A stretch of 63,591 bases of DNA, filler included, from Neolecta irregularis DAH-3 (lineage: Eukaryota), in the NCBI GenBank assembly GCA_001929475.1. It is 16 parts of 16 records of this genome, joined end to end, with 100 filler letters (N's around TTAATTAATTAA, not from the genome) between each part and the next. Parts side by side here need not be neighbours in the genome. Positions count along the whole stretch, not along the records: positions 32,208 to 41,254 come from LXFE01002719.1; positions 41,355 to 43,189 come from LXFE01002723.1; positions 43,290 to 48,622 come from LXFE01002725.1; 13 more parts are not named here. The stretch is one strand, 5' to 3'. Below, piece by piece: positions 35,016 through 48,300 of the stretch (position 1 is its first letter; each line of letters opens with the position of its first letter). Under the pieces are notes generated by a model, which worked only from the letters and a program-made list of their open reading frames with translations, was not told the DNA's origin and did not search any database. A program made the position numbers and the translations under genes.

Positions 35016-35929
35016 GTTTGTGTTGGTTAAGGGGCACGCAGCTTGTGGCTAGGTATTTGAATCGTTCTTGGATCTTACTATTGTTGATTGCTGAGCTCGG
35101 TAGTATGGGCTGTCGCTGTCTCGAGACTTACAAAAGGAAAAGGTAACTAGACGTGGAACAAGAACCACCCTCTTTATAGAGGAAAAAGACGGGAAAATAG
35201 CACGGAAACGGAGGAGAGACGAACCCCGGATGCAGCCAAAATGTGCTCAGCCTCCAGAAAGCCCACCCAGGAATTGGCCACCCCGGAATAGGAATTGGTG
35301 AGACAAATCCACTGAGACCTGTGTCATCTCCAAACTAGAAATCTATAGTAGTGTTTGAGACAAGCTGAGACTGAGGGGAGAAACGGCAGCAGTTTGAAGG
35401 GGGGCGTCCTGCAGCTCTCTTGAAAGCAGAAATTTGGGATAGGAACCGTTCAGAACAAGTGTAAATTTCACTGGCTTCGCAACAAGCATTTCGCAAAATT
35501 AAAAAAATATTTTCACCTTTGATATCGGGTAGTGGTTTTTTTCACCTTTAACACATTACAATGACAAAGCCCAGCCCATGGGCCTAAATGAGTCATATCC
35601 CCTTAGATTAGATAGTATGAACACGTACATTCTGTGCCCCCCCTATCTACCTTGCCATGCTGCCTACACCATCTTTTTCTTCTACTTTGTCACCTACCTG
35701 CGCTCAAACGTCCCGCCAATATATCGCCCCCTCAACCCTTTCTGCCCCAGCCTTGGAAAAGGACAGGTACGGGGACAAGGTGATGATGTTTTGTGATGAT
35801 AGGAATACGCTAAGTGGTGCGATATGTGGGGTATATTATGGAGACTAAGGAGTGGAGTTAGGTTAATAAGGCCTCCTTCGACGCCATATATTTTGGGTAA
35901 TCTCAGACAGGAATGAAGTTGACGAACCT

Positions 35930-36165
35930 AGGACGGCTGGTTCATCCAAGCAATGGTAGGACAATTAATACACCTATATTAGCATGACGCCCAAAATTAC
36001 AGGCTATGACGATGTTACTGGAGAAGCGCTCATGAAAAGACTGGACGATGATCCCGTATGGCTGCTACGAGGGCTCCTTGCTCACAGACAGAATGTTTAT
36101 CAGTGGCATTTGCAAAAATACACAGTGCTAACACTTCTCCTCCTGGAATACTATAAAAAACGAGT
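35930..36165 (+). pseudogene. Adenylate kinase (Adk2/AK3-like) LID-domain remnant
   Basis: GRLVHPSNGRTIN / PKITGYDDVTGEALMKRLDD / LLEYYKK, with a frameshift and an intron-like segment. Confidence 0.75.
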
Positions 36166-37854
36166 CTTTGTGGTCGGTCCAAGGAGGAACGAGCGACGTA
36201 ATCTAGCCAAAACTCGAGGCAGAAGTAAGGTGATGCAGGAATATTTTACAGCTAACCTTTAGATTCGAGGGCGATTTGGATTGCCGCTGAAACAGCCGCC
36301 GCCGCCGAGCCTGCAGCAATGCTACCGCCGCCCAGCAAAGCAAAGCCCGCGAGCATCGCCGTCCCGCCGCAGACTCTGCCGGCAAGTCCGCGTCTGCCAT
36401 CGCCGCCCTGTTCCGCTGGCCGTCCGCGTCGGCACTCAGCCCGCAGGTGTCCGTGTCGGCACTCACCGTCCACCCGCTTGTTCCCTAACGCGCATCTCTA
36501 CCTTCCGTAGTCGCTCCTGTTCCAACTGATCCTGGCGTCTTGCCTGACGTAGCCCTTCATGACTTTTAAATCACAACTGACCCTAATCCTCCTGAAACTG
36601 TAGTACGAATCCGCCGTGATGAAAGGCGACTCACCTTTAATCGTCGGGGTAAGGTTCACATCCGTTTCCTCATTAAATAGGTAGCAAAACCTTAACCTGT
36701 AGTAGAATCTTTTAACCTCTTCAACTACCAGAAGGAAAGAACCACACGAAAGGTCCCTGAAGCAGTGTTCAGCACAAGAGATGGAGCGAATTATTTAATT
36801 TTCTGGACAGAATGACTATAGCTTGTGGAAGGAGACATTTTTCACACAATATCATCACAACCTTACTTCACCTCACCGCATTATTAACTCACCATCATAA
36901 TTTCCCTCAGCCTGCATTCTCAGTCATTCCAAGATCTTGTCGCTTAATACAAACCTTTGAATTTCCCCTTGTTTTAATGCTCACCTCTTTTCCTCCATTG
37001 CAACAGGCATCATTTGGAAAACGCTTTCTGCCAGAAAATTGATGGAATTATCTAATCCTGGCTCGAGTCTCTTTGACAGTATGGTAACCACTAAGCACCC
37101 GTTGATCAATTTTCTTCTTTCTTCTTTTTCTGCACTAATATATTCCTTCTATCTTTGTCTTTCCTCGACTACCTTTCTCGCCCCTCTTCTGGATATGAGA
37201 CCACTGGGGCTATAAATCGGGTGCACGACAGGCGCTGCAGCAGGCGGTGTTGCATTACAATGATTGTCTAGACTCGCTCGAATCCCTAGAGCTGGAGGAA
37301 TATTCGGTTCTGCTACATCGACCTGCAGCTCTACCTCCCAAGCCCAGAGCACAAAGACTCCCTAGAATATCCCCGCAGAACGCTCCCCGAGCCCCCTCGG
37401 CAAATCAGCACCCCTCGCCTAGACACCGCCATAGAAGCTGCCGGCGCCCGTAGAGACCCACTGCAGGCCTGCTCCCGCTGGTCACTCGCCCAAAGGATAC
37501 GCGGCTCTCATCCCCGCTCCCGCCGCCCGGCAGATCGGCTTGTACGCCTGTAGTCAGTACCATGTCGCAATTCACCCACTGCTTCATCATCGTTTCTAAA
37601 CTCAGACTGCCGTTATCTACGATCTAGATCAGGTGACATGGCCAGTTTAGGCACATCTGCAACACTTCCAGGCAGAGTGTTGCTGGAGATTGGGGATGAT
37701 GTTGCAGATCTATCGTATACTGAAGAAGAAATGTAACAACAAAAGATAAAAGCATTAATAAATACAACTCATTGAACACAGTCTCCAATATACATTATGT
37801 GTGTTCAAACGCCGATCGAAATCTCAGGCACGTGTAGAGTAACTCCTCATTGCG

Positions 37855-38694
37855 TCAGACATCTTCCTCTAGCGATGATTTCTCAACAATGGTTTTTTGT
37901 AGAGATTGACCGCTTCGAGCAGAGGCCAGAGATAAACTTTCTCCGACAGATTTACGGGTTCCAGTTCTCTGGGCAGAGGTGATTGCAAATACGGAAGCAT
38001 AAGCTTTGAATGCCAAACTTCCTCCGAATAGCGTCAAGCAATCGAGCGCAAGAAAACCATATATGGTGAAGAATAGAGAGTATACTCCAGCTACGCAGGC
38101 CGCCGCATTCGCTTCGGTTAGATGTTCGAGAACACGCCTTGTTGTTGCAAAGTTTTCGAAATTGGGTGGCATTTTCTTCAGCATCCTCCTGCTCTGAATG
38201 AGCGAGTTGAACTCCATCGCCACAAATGCCATACAGCAACCCGCGTTCCACCATTTGCTGACTACAAAAAGTGACGGTTTACCAGTGCTAAGCGCGAGTA
38301 TATGCCAGGGAATTGCGCTGCCGCACATGAACTCACCGAAGAGGAATATAACTTTTGAATACTGCCGTTGGCGCTTATCGAATAGTTGCCTAGGCATACG
38401 AGACCAAGATATTGCCATCTCGAAGCATCCATACAAATTGTGACCTATCAAGACACCGTCAACAGGAAATTGGTAATAGCCTTGAACAATAAAAAGTATT
38501 CCAGTGCAAAGGCCCGATATAGACAGTCCTAGAAAATAGGTTTGATGCGTGAATAATCTAACAAGATCTTTTTTGGATCCTAGACCTTTACTCATTGGAA
38601 CTACCATCTAGAATTTTAGAATTGTAACCCCAGAAGAGATACCCCCAATGAACAGTACATCAGGAAGCAAAACGTGCCACTCTGCAGGATCCAT
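37855..38694 (-). CDS. Putative 7-TM membrane protein with in-frame TAG at codon 29 (possible pseudogene)
   Basis: An upstream in-frame ATG at 38694 gives MDPAEWHVLLPDVLFIGGISSGVTILKF*MVVP. About six further hydrophobic segments follow in the 250-aa ORF. Confidence 0.55.
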
Positions 38695-39357
38695 TTGTCG
38701 TTCGAGTTGATTTCAGCACCAGTCATAATTAGGCAAGGCGATCAAGATGAAAAGCTCTACGATGGTAAAAGTGAGCTCAAAACTTGAATCGAGACGCGGG
38801 CGATTAATAAGAGGCTATGAGATCCATAAAGATCCATCTATTGCCGCCTTGGGACATCCGCGCTGTTTCTGCCCTGGTCCCTGTGGACTCCGGTCCGCAC
38901 TTCTTTTATCCGGATATAGATATCTTGTGAAACAATTTCATCCGAAAGTGGCAAACTCGTCAGGAAAGAAATGGAAGAAAATGCAAGGGCAGGAGTCGAA
39001 AGGCGGAGGCTGGATGAGAAGATTCAAATATCAAAACTGCGTAGTCGAAGAAAATAGCGTGTCAAACCGACCAGCCGCCCGCTCCTCTTGGGCGTTATAG
39101 AACTCCTTCTCCCGCTTTGTCTCAGACCTGCGGCCAAACGTCCAGCCTGCTATTGTACCCGCAGCCCTCTCCCCGCCCCACAGCCAGCGGCTACCGGATG
39201 AGGGGAAGGCCGAGCAAATGCGATACTCGCAGCGGCATCGAAGAGGGAGGCGCCGCTGGACAAGACAGTGCCAGGCCCTCGAGTAGAGGCGGAGACGATC
39301 GGCGGGAGAGATGGAGAAATTTGAAGAAGCCAAGAGTGTCTCCGAACAGCACAGCTG

Positions 39358-39745
39358 ATGCAGAAGGTGGTGGCCGACAAGAAAAGGAAAGATGGACCGT
39401 TTGAGGTAGGAGACTACGTTTACCTGTCCACCAGAACCAAAGAATGGTCCCCCATGAAAAAACTCCAACCACGCTTAGATAGGCCCTTTAGAGTCGCAAA
39501 AAAGATCTCTAGTACGAATTACGAAATAGAACTCCCTCCGTCCTCACGTGTCCATCCAGTTTTCCATGTCTCAGAACTCAAAAAAGTGAATGGAGCATCA
39601 CCAGAGCTCTACCAAGGACAACCATTCAAGTTGTATCCAAATGGCACGGGTGAATACGAAATTTAGAGGATAACTACACACAAGAAGGCTGGACAGGGTT
39701 ATAAATCTTTGATCCGGTTCAAAGGCCAAGATTCCAACCAGGATA
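39358..39745 (+). mobile_element. Ty3/Gypsy (chromovirus) integrase C-terminus remnant
   Basis: FEVGDYVYL, KL.PR..PFRV, YEIELP..HPVFHVSELK, then a chromodomain-like EYEI*RITTH..LIRFKG. Confidence 0.9.
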
Positions 39746-39764
39746 CATCATGTATCCTGGATTG

Positions 39765-40306
39765 AGGCAGGCTGGAATAAAATGAATGAATTCTACACCA
39801 AAACAGATGACTCACCAGCATATGCGGCCACCGTTATTCTTGACCCAAGGTGGAAGTGGGAATATTTTGAAAAGCGGTGGAAGGATCACCCAGAATGGAT
39901 CATGCATAGCAAATCTCAAGTTCGAAAATTTTGAACTAATAATTACCAGGTTTTAACCACCATGCCCGCTATTACCCAATCCACGCTACAGCATTCAAAA
40001 AATCAATTCAATATATGGCTAGATTGCCAAATGGATGATTTTATGAGTACTGGTGCAAATGAGTATGAGATTTACTGCAATGAAGCAGCACTGCAGACAA
40101 ATGCCATACCAGCTAGACACAGGGGACCTTTACTTTGGTGGCTAGACCCAGCTCAGAGGCGCCGATTTCCTTCTCTAGCAATGATGGATATTGATATACT
40201 TTCGGCACCAACAATGGAAGCTTCAGCTGAGAGGCTGTTTTCTTCAGCTGGATTAGATTTTATAAATCGGCGGAATCGGCTACTGGCAGTGGACATGACT
40301 CTGTAA
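39765..40306 (+). mobile_element. hAT transposase C-terminal remnant
   Basis: ILDPRWKWEYF, PLLWW..FPSLA.M.IDILSAP and ASAERLFSSAG, with stops. Confidence 0.9.
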
Positions 40307-41432
40307 GCAAACTTGAATTTTGATGCAATAGTTACTAAAATAGAATATACCTATTGCTATAGATGATAACCGTATCAAGAAAGCATCTTCATTTTGTTAG
40401 AACGCCCTTACTATACACCATCATCTAGTATTGTTCCAGAACACTCATTATCAGCAATTTCGGAGCAAGCCAATTTTAATTGATAAATACTAATCTGTTT
40501 CACAATGCCTTCTCTTGCGGGTTTCTTTCTTCCAAAACAATAATCCTCTACAAACCTCCACTATGCTCGTCTTTTCTCCCTTTCTACCATGCTTACTTAT
40601 AACGTGCGATCAATTATAAATTGTTACATTTTGCTTCCCTTTTCTTCCCTTTCTTCAGCTTCATCATCCGCATTGCTGGCCTTTACCTAACCCTTCTCCA
40701 TCCCCCACTGACTCACCATCTCTAACTGGCACGCCTCTCCCAGTCATCATCCTCCAGGGAGAACAACGGACAGATATCAACTGTCTCCAAGGGGGCAGGG
40801 GGCAGCAACGGTAGAGCAAAGTGTGGCGGGTGCTGACCGATTGTCATCCGCGAGGCCTTTGTCTACCTGCACTCGAACATCCTGCCCGCTATCAAACCTG
40901 TCTCTCATCATTATCCACCATGCCTTCCTCACCCTCGCTACCTCTATTCCCCTCCAGACATCCACTGACGACTGGCGTCTCCAGCTGCTGTTGCCATTCC
41001 ACTCCCTCGACACTGCCCTCTGGCCCGCCTATCGCACTCCTTCTCACACAAGCCCACCTCCAGCCAGGTATCCACCTGCCGAGCTCTGGCCTCACAAACT
41101 GGACACGCCACCCCTCTGGATAGCACCGACAGCCCTACAACTAGATTGGACAACCCTCTTGCACAACATCAGCCCCACACGGGCTGGGCATACAGCGGCC
41201 CCACTGTTCCCACTATGACCCACGCCTACGCCTGCCTGCACTGGTTGCCCTGCGNNNNNNNNNNNNNNNNNNNNNNNNNNNNNNNNNNNNNNNNNNNNTT
41301 AATTAATTAANNNNNNNNNNNNNNNNNNNNNNNNNNNNNNNNNNNNNNNNNNNNAGATAACTCTCCCCCATTACTCCCTCCTCTTTCTCTATCTATTATA
41401 CATGATTATATACCAGTCCTCCCATTAACATA

Positions 41433-43053
41433 TCACATCGTGTCCTTCCATTTCACTAAAAATTCCCTTCGTCTGGACGAACCTCGATGCATGAGTATTT
41501 CTTGGGGTATCCGTTCCTCTTCATACGTTTCCAGTATAATTGGAACTTCATGAGCGAGGTCTGGGAAGTCTTCCAGGTCATTGTCGGTGAATTGTTTCAA
41601 AAGTTTTGTGTGGAAAATAGGATGACGGAGGCGCATCTCTACTGGTAGATCCAATTTATACGTATGAGTCTCTGGCCATACTTGAATTACTCGGTATGGT
41701 CCAATCCATCTTGGAAGGAGTTTTGCTGACTTCCCTTCCTTAGCCATAGCCTTCCTGAAATTCTGTGTGCTAAGTAATACCCAATCTCCAATATCGAATT
41801 TGACATGATCTCGCCTGTGAGCATTTGCTTGGATAGTTTGCCTCGTTTTCGCTAATAAAAGATTATCTCGAGCTATTTCTGTGTGTGTCTTCATCTGTTC
41901 TGCCATTTCTTGTGCCTTGGGGGTGTGTGACTCGGCTCCTGCAAAATCTGGTAGTGTGCGTGGTGAGCACCCATAAACCAACTCGAAAGGTGTCAATCTT
42001 GTTGAACTATTGTATGAATTGTTAATCCAAAACTCTGTTATCCTGAGATACTCTGACCAATTTCCTTGGGTTTCGTCGACACAAGTACAAAGAACTTGTA
42101 TAATAGTCTTGTTAGATCGTTNNNNNNNNNNATGTGTGGTGAGCACCCATAAACCAACTCGAAAGGTGTCAAGCTTGTTGAACTATTGTATGAATTGTTA
42201 ATCCAAAACTCTGTTATCCTGAGATACTCTAACCAATTTCCTTGGGTTTCGTCGACACAAGTACAAAGAACTTGTATAATAGTCTTGTTAGATCGTTCTG
42301 AGGTGCCATCGGTCTCAGGATGGAAGGTTGTGCTCATACGAATTTGCACACCCAGCAAGAGGTGTAATTCTTGCCAAAGTTCACCTGTAAATCATGGGTC
42401 TCGATCCGATACTATCACCTTTGGCAAGCCATATCTGCAGTACCAATTTAGCCATACACATTCTGCAACTTCTACTGCCATAATCGTCATTCTTATCAGC
42501 TCAATCATTACAAGTCCAGACAACCTATCTGTCAACACCAATATCCCATTGAACCCATTGGATTCACGCATTGGTCCTACAAAGTCCATTGCGATTTCCT
42601 CAAACTTTGCACCTGGAACTGGGAGCAATGATAAAAATCCGGTGGGGGCCTGTGTGGACGATTTGACCCGTTGGCAAGTATCGCAGCTAGAAACATACTT
42701 CTTGATATCTTCTGCCATGTTGGACCATATGTAACGACTTTTTATATGTTTATAGGTTTTCTGGAACCCAAAGTGTCCCTGCTGATCGTGGCAGTCTTTC
42801 AATAACTTTTTTTGAAATTGTCCTTTAGGAATGAGGATCCGATCTTCAAAAAATATGAAATCATCTTTTATCACAAAGGATTTAAATTGCTCCGGGTGTT
42901 CCTTGATTTGAATGGCCATTGTATCCTTAATCATTTCCTCTTGCAGGAGGTCTGATTCACTAGAGGAGAGTGTGGTCTCTACTAGTGTTACTAACGATAC
43001 TGATGTATCCACTCGCGATAATGCATCTGCAAAGGAGTTCGTTGCACCTTCTA
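41433..43053 (-). mobile_element. Ty3/Gypsy pol fragment (RNase H end, integrase HHCC, core, GPY, start of chromodomain)
   Basis: ADALSR, HDQQGHFG..CDTCQ, MDFVG, IVSDRDP, HPETDG.SER, RWIGPY, HPIFH and FLVKWK. Confidence 0.95.
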
Positions 43054-43054
43054 T

Positions 43055-43189
43055 TGTAAGATACCATGTATCTTATCTGGGCTGACTCGTCAGTACTCTT
43101 GTGTTAAGACAAGGGTACTGGCGGTATCAGCCTATCTACTTATAATACAGTAATGCCGCTAATTAGCGGCTACAGAATATGCTGGAAGG
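43055..43189 (-). mobile_element. LTR edge inserted into the Gypsy pol gene
   Basis: tgtaagatac..gggctgactc.tcagtactctt..ggctacagaatat.ctggaagg matches 49701-49879. Confidence 0.85.
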
Positions 43190-43330
43190 NNNNNNNNNNN
43201 NNNNNNNNNNNNNNNNNNNNNNNNNNNNNNNNNTTAATTAATTAANNNNNNNNNNNNNNNNNNNNNNNNNNNNNNNNNNNNNNNNNNNNCATCCTGGATC
43301 AGGTCTGTAACTGCATAGCAGAATCCAAGA

Positions 43331-43777
43331 ATGGCGGCCGCAAGATTGACTTTTGCTAATATTCATATGGTTAGAGAACCAGACGAAGATGAAATTGTGC
43401 CATCTTCAGCAGTAGACACAAGGTCGGAAGAATTCTCGGTTGATGCGATTTATGATCGTTCGCGGTTTCTTGCCCATCGAATGCCCCAAACAATTCCTGT
43501 ACTACCCGTTCTTCCAGACCTGCGATTCGAACAAGCATATCTAAGTTCACTGAGAAGCGCAAACGGTTCGTGGTGGAAGGTTGCCTATGTGACGATTCGG
43601 GATCAGGTCTTGATGATGTTCCTTCAGGGCATGTTTTATGGGCTATTGAAATGCAGCTACGGCGTCTTGAAGATCACAAGAGGAAACGGAAAGTCTTTTG
43701 GAGGGAAAATCCGGAACTGGTGGGTCGGAATCAATGATATTCAACCAAATTCGCTTCCTAAGAATGACAATTTGTAA
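43331..43777 (+). CDS. DUF1770-like fungal protein (start uncertain, near contig edge)
   Basis: PVLPDLRFEQAYL, W..VAYVTIRDQVLM..LQG and G.KIRNWW. Confidence 0.75.
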   Translation: MAAARLTFANIHMVREPDEDEIVPSSAVDTRSEEFSVDAIYDRSRFLAHRMPQTIPVLPVLPDLRFEQAYLSSLRSANGSWWKVAYVTIRDQVLMMFLQGMFYGLLKCSYGVLKITRGNGKSFGGKIRNWWVGINDIQPNSLPKNDNL

Positions 43778-43800
43778 AAAAGTAGAAGTCGGATTTGGAG

Positions 43801-44737
43801 TTATACGGTGTTTTTGTTCCAGTTAACACACTCTATGAATGATACTTGCTTTCCTCCGAATATGTCTAATGCGCTTCCAAAAGTTAAATCAACTTTCCCG
43901 TTACTCAGACGATTAACAAGCTCAAGATCTCGAATATTATTTGCACCTCCTGCGTAAGTAACTGGAATCTTCGACCATTCTCCCAGTACTTGGACAAGAT
44001 TCGAATCAATACCTTGACAAAGACCTTCTACATCCGCTGCGTGTATAAGAAACTCGCTACAATGGTCGGCCAACAAATCCAGAGATTCTGCGATTAGCAC
44101 ACTTCAAGGCAGTATTGTAAACCTTGATTTATTTCCATGTTGGTCAAAGTTTTCCACTTATCCATAGCTACAATCCATTTATTACCTTGTTTACGACAAC
44201 TTGCTATCAATGTTGAACAGAGGGTGAAGCCATTACCTTAAATCAACCACGAGCCTTTTTTTTCCAATAGCTTCTTCGACCTCTATCAATCGTTCCATCT
44301 GAAAGGTCGCTTTCGGAAACAAGTATGATGTAATGATTACCTTTGGTCAATTTAAACCATAAATATGTGAGTGCCTTTCCAGCGCCTTTTTCGAGCCACA
44401 ATTGTGCATTTGATCCATTGATTCCTCCACCCAGTTGCAACATTCCCGGCCACTCTTTCAAAGCGCTTTCAGCTGCAAGTTCACATCCTGAACCGAGCAT
44501 TATGACATGGGTGCCGTAGAGCGCATTTTCTTTGTATAAACGAGCATAATACTCTGCTGGATGTTCAGATTCATAGTTGGTTTGTAAAGTTGAATGATCC
44601 GATGTCAGGGACCCGCCAACGATCTGTTTAACTTTTCCAGAATGTATATCAATACAAGGTCGAAATTTGGACCGCTGTTTTCTGTTGCTTTAGTTTTGCT
44701 ACTGGGCAATCTTCAAATACGGTCTGGCTGAAGTCAT
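43801..44737 (-). CDS. HIS6: ProFAR isomerase (HisA)
   Basis: [49 protein letters not shown] and [13 protein letters not shown]. Confidence 0.97.
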
Positions 44738-45189
44738 TTTCAAATTCTGGAAATCAACTCCCCGGCACCAAGAGCTTTTACTAGATGGATTTCCCGGAAT
44801 TTACGCCAAAATAAAACACTCACGCAGCTTATAGGTACCCGGGATCTGTTTCTTTAATTAGAACTATTGGCAGAGGTGTAATGATGCTCAGATCAAATAG
44901 ATAGATCGCCTGAGGTGGCACAAACCCCGAGAAACCTCTTCTGAAGTCTCTGAATTCATTCAAGACTCTGTAATGTTGGTAAATCTAACGTTCACGAGGA
45001 TGTATAGCCTATAATTTGATCATCTCTTGAATATAGCTTATCCAAATTCGCCAAAGGGTTCTAGCAACTAGATTCTCACATAATATCGATCTTCCATTCA
45101 TGTGGATCATGTATTTATTATGTGATTTCTATAATACTATAGTGATGGTTGAGATAACCTCGCGCGCCCTTGTAAAAATCTTTCGACCA

Positions 45190-46019
45190 ATGACTAAATC
45201 GGAATCGGAGATGGAGGCTCTTAATGCTCTTCAAAGATATTTTGAAAGCCAATTTGGCACAGGAATAGTACAACTAGTCGCAAAAGAAACGAAACTAGAA
45301 GTTGTCTTGCAATCAGACGATAGTGAGTTTGACGACGACGAATGTATGATAACTATAACGAGCACGCATTAATATGTAAAGACTTGGTTGCGACCAACCC
45401 AGAGACTACGGTTGTTGAATTCAAAGAATTTAAAGAATCTAAATTAAACAATGCTGCTCCGATACTTCGTGAAAGTCGGAATTCGTTTATGGTGAATAAA
45501 TTATCCATACACATATCCTAATACCAGTCTTCAAAACCACCATCTTCAAAAACAGCAGCTCAGTTGAAACATAGCCGTGGCACTGACGACGACGACGACG
45601 ACGACGATTCTATAAATCTCAAACATGATGTCGCGCTCCAAAGACTCCTTCGCGAATCCCATTTACTACATAAAGAAGCATCCAGTGAAAGAGGTCTCGA
45701 GCTTACTGGGAAATCACGCATAAAAGCATTGGAACAATATGCCACTTCTCTTGGCGGAAAAGTTAAAGCAGATCGAACACCAATGCGAATCAAAAGAGGT
45801 ATAAAAGAAAAAGCGCAAAAACGGAAAGAAAAAAATGCGAGAGAAGCTATGGAAGCAGGCATCGTTACTTCAAAAGAGAAAAAAGTCAAGAAACGGGTCT
45901 TCAAAAAGAACAGTGGGTTGGATAATCTGCATCGTGTTGGGAAATTCAAGGGCGGGACTTTGAGTATTAACGAGAGTGAAATTAGACGGGTTAATAGAGC
46001 TGGACAGAAAGCAAGATGA
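45190..46019 (+). CDS. Faf1-like 40S biogenesis factor
   Basis: LQRYFESQF, NLKHDVALQRLLRESHLL, PMRIKRG..EAMEAGIV and VGKFKGGTL. Confidence 0.75.
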
Positions 46020-46085
46020 CTAGATGATCCAAAGGGTGGAATATTGGCGTCTGGTAATATATTTGATAAGACTTTTTCGTTAAAT

Positions 46086-48113
46086 TTACGAGGACATAAC
46101 TTTCTCTATTGCGTCGGCTAGGATATCGGCGTGATGCTCTTGGAATATCAACACTATTATATCAGTATAGCTTCACAAATGGAAAAAGCTTACTCGGCCT
46201 CAATCGAACCGCTCGTATACCACTTCCCCCAATATTTACACCAGCAAGCTTCATACTCTTCAAGAACTTGTCACGAGCTGCAGTATCCTTGGCGTCCTAA
46301 ATATCAGCTTGATTCACTAAACAGTATTCTACCCATGCGATAAAGGTAGCCGTATCTCTTCCTCGAAGATTTTGAATTTCAGATGGATATTTTTTAGATA
46401 ATTGGCTGAGCTTGTCGAAAAGATAAGCACCAACTTTTTCAGTATTCTTGACTAAATCGAGACGGCGAATTTCCTTGACAATAGTGGCAGCTTGAAGTGC
46501 CCGGACTGGATCACCCATCCGTACTAAATCAGCAGGTTTCCAGGTTAGGGATGGCTTATATGTGTTGAATTGTCGATATGGCAGATTAGGTCGAAGCTCT
46601 TGCATTTAGTTTTCAGACTGCATATAGACTCTACCCTCAATTCCAAAGTAATATCCAGCAGCTTGAAATTTCTTGGAAAACGTNNNNNNNNNNATTAGGG
46701 ATCGCTTATATGTGTTGAATTGTCGATATGGCAGATTAGGTCGAAGCTCTTGCATTTAGTTTTCAGGCTGCATATAGACTCTACCCTCAATTCCAAAGTA
46801 ATATCCAGCAGCTTGAAATTTCTTGGAAAACGTAACGATATCAGGCGGTGAGTCGAGGTTCCATTTTTCGTGGGCCCAGAAAGTTCCAGTTGCTGCCACG
46901 CCAGTCTGTACTTCATCAACAATAAGCAAAACATTGTTCTCTTTAGTAATTTTTCGAAGGCCTTGGAAAAATTCTGGTGAAGCGTGATTATCTCCTCCTT
47001 CGGACTGTATGGGCTCGACGATTACTGCGACTACTGGGCTATGCCTGGATATATCAGTACTGTGAGACTAGCAAGTAATACGACCATGTCTTGAAAATAT
47101 TCTCCGCTTCGGCAAGGCACCTCTTTTCCTCTTGTGCATTCTCTTTTGCGTGTTCCTCTAGAGGATACTTCAATTTTGGCCAAGGTGCTTGTGGCCAGTT
47201 AAAGCTTGGAACTGCCAATCAGTTCGACCACTTTGCAATTATTCGAACTGTCAATTTTATGAATCGGTTTTGATCGAGTGGTTGAAAGTGAACCAAACAT
47301 TCTACCATGAAATCCTGAACTAAACGACATGATCACAAGATCCGGTGAGCCTAGCATTGTCAAAATTGAAATAACGTCTGATGATACCCGGTTTTTCGTT
47401 CTTCATGCAGGATTCAAGTTCCTCTTTCGAGAATTCACGATTGCCACGCTCCCTTTGTCGATAATACATGAAGGCAGCCTGATTATCAGATCCTCTAATC
47501 ACGGGAAAGAGACCTTGTATGCGCACTAGATCAATTAACGACTCCCAAAGTTCGTAGCACCTCATTTGCAGTTGATCCGCATTGCGCAGTGAAGACTTGT
47601 GTTAACCCTTTTGGAGCTACAGCTAAAATTCCATCATTTAACATTTTTGCCCAGTTCTTTGGAGGAAAATTCCCGAGCGCAGGTCGATTCATTGCTGCGA
47701 TTGCAAATTCAGGTGTCTGAGCAGCCTTGATGAGGTTTGGATTGTTGTATCCCACTGGAATCGAAGCAATTTGAGCATAGACATCGAGATAAGTATTGCC
47801 ATCTGCATCAACGATCTGATCAGAGTTATTGCGGGCTAATTCAAAGAAAATGTACATAATTTCCAAATGACTTTTCATAATCGACCATCATATTCACGGC
47901 TCTTGTATCTTGGACTTTGTCCATTTCCTGCATTGCTTTATGCATCTGGGGACCGGGAAATGATGTCATCATTTTTGGACCATTAGGCTCTTGAGGAAAA
48001 AAAGGTGCAGTAGTATGAGAAGCAAGGCCTCTAGTAGCGATCATTGTAGCAGCTCTGTATAGTCGTGGTAAATGAGAAACAAACCGGACAGATGAGCGAC
48101 CGATTGTGAGCAT
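46086..48113 (-). CDS. UGA1: 4-aminobutyrate aminotransferase
   Basis: [45 protein letters not shown] and TFSKK. An assembly duplication sits at the N gap at 46684. Confidence 0.97.
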
Positions 48114-48300
48114 TCCAAGAATTGAGTGGAGAGGAATCTTAATCAGCCTGGCCGCTTGCCACATTAATAAGACAATAAGAGGCATATTTATTCATTAAAT
48201 ATAGGAGAATGACATCAAAGCAGTATTAGAGAAAAAAACAGACTATGAAGTCGAGTAAAAGAATCCCAGATGCACCAGAAAAAATGCCATAGACACTATA

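Noticed and set aside
41955..42301. Duplicated integrase segment around an N gap
   Set aside because: Most likely two TE copies or overlapping contig ends collapsed by scaffolding.
46554..46833. Apparent internal duplication in UGA1
   Set aside because: Near-identical sequence on both sides of a 10-N gap, an assembly artefact.
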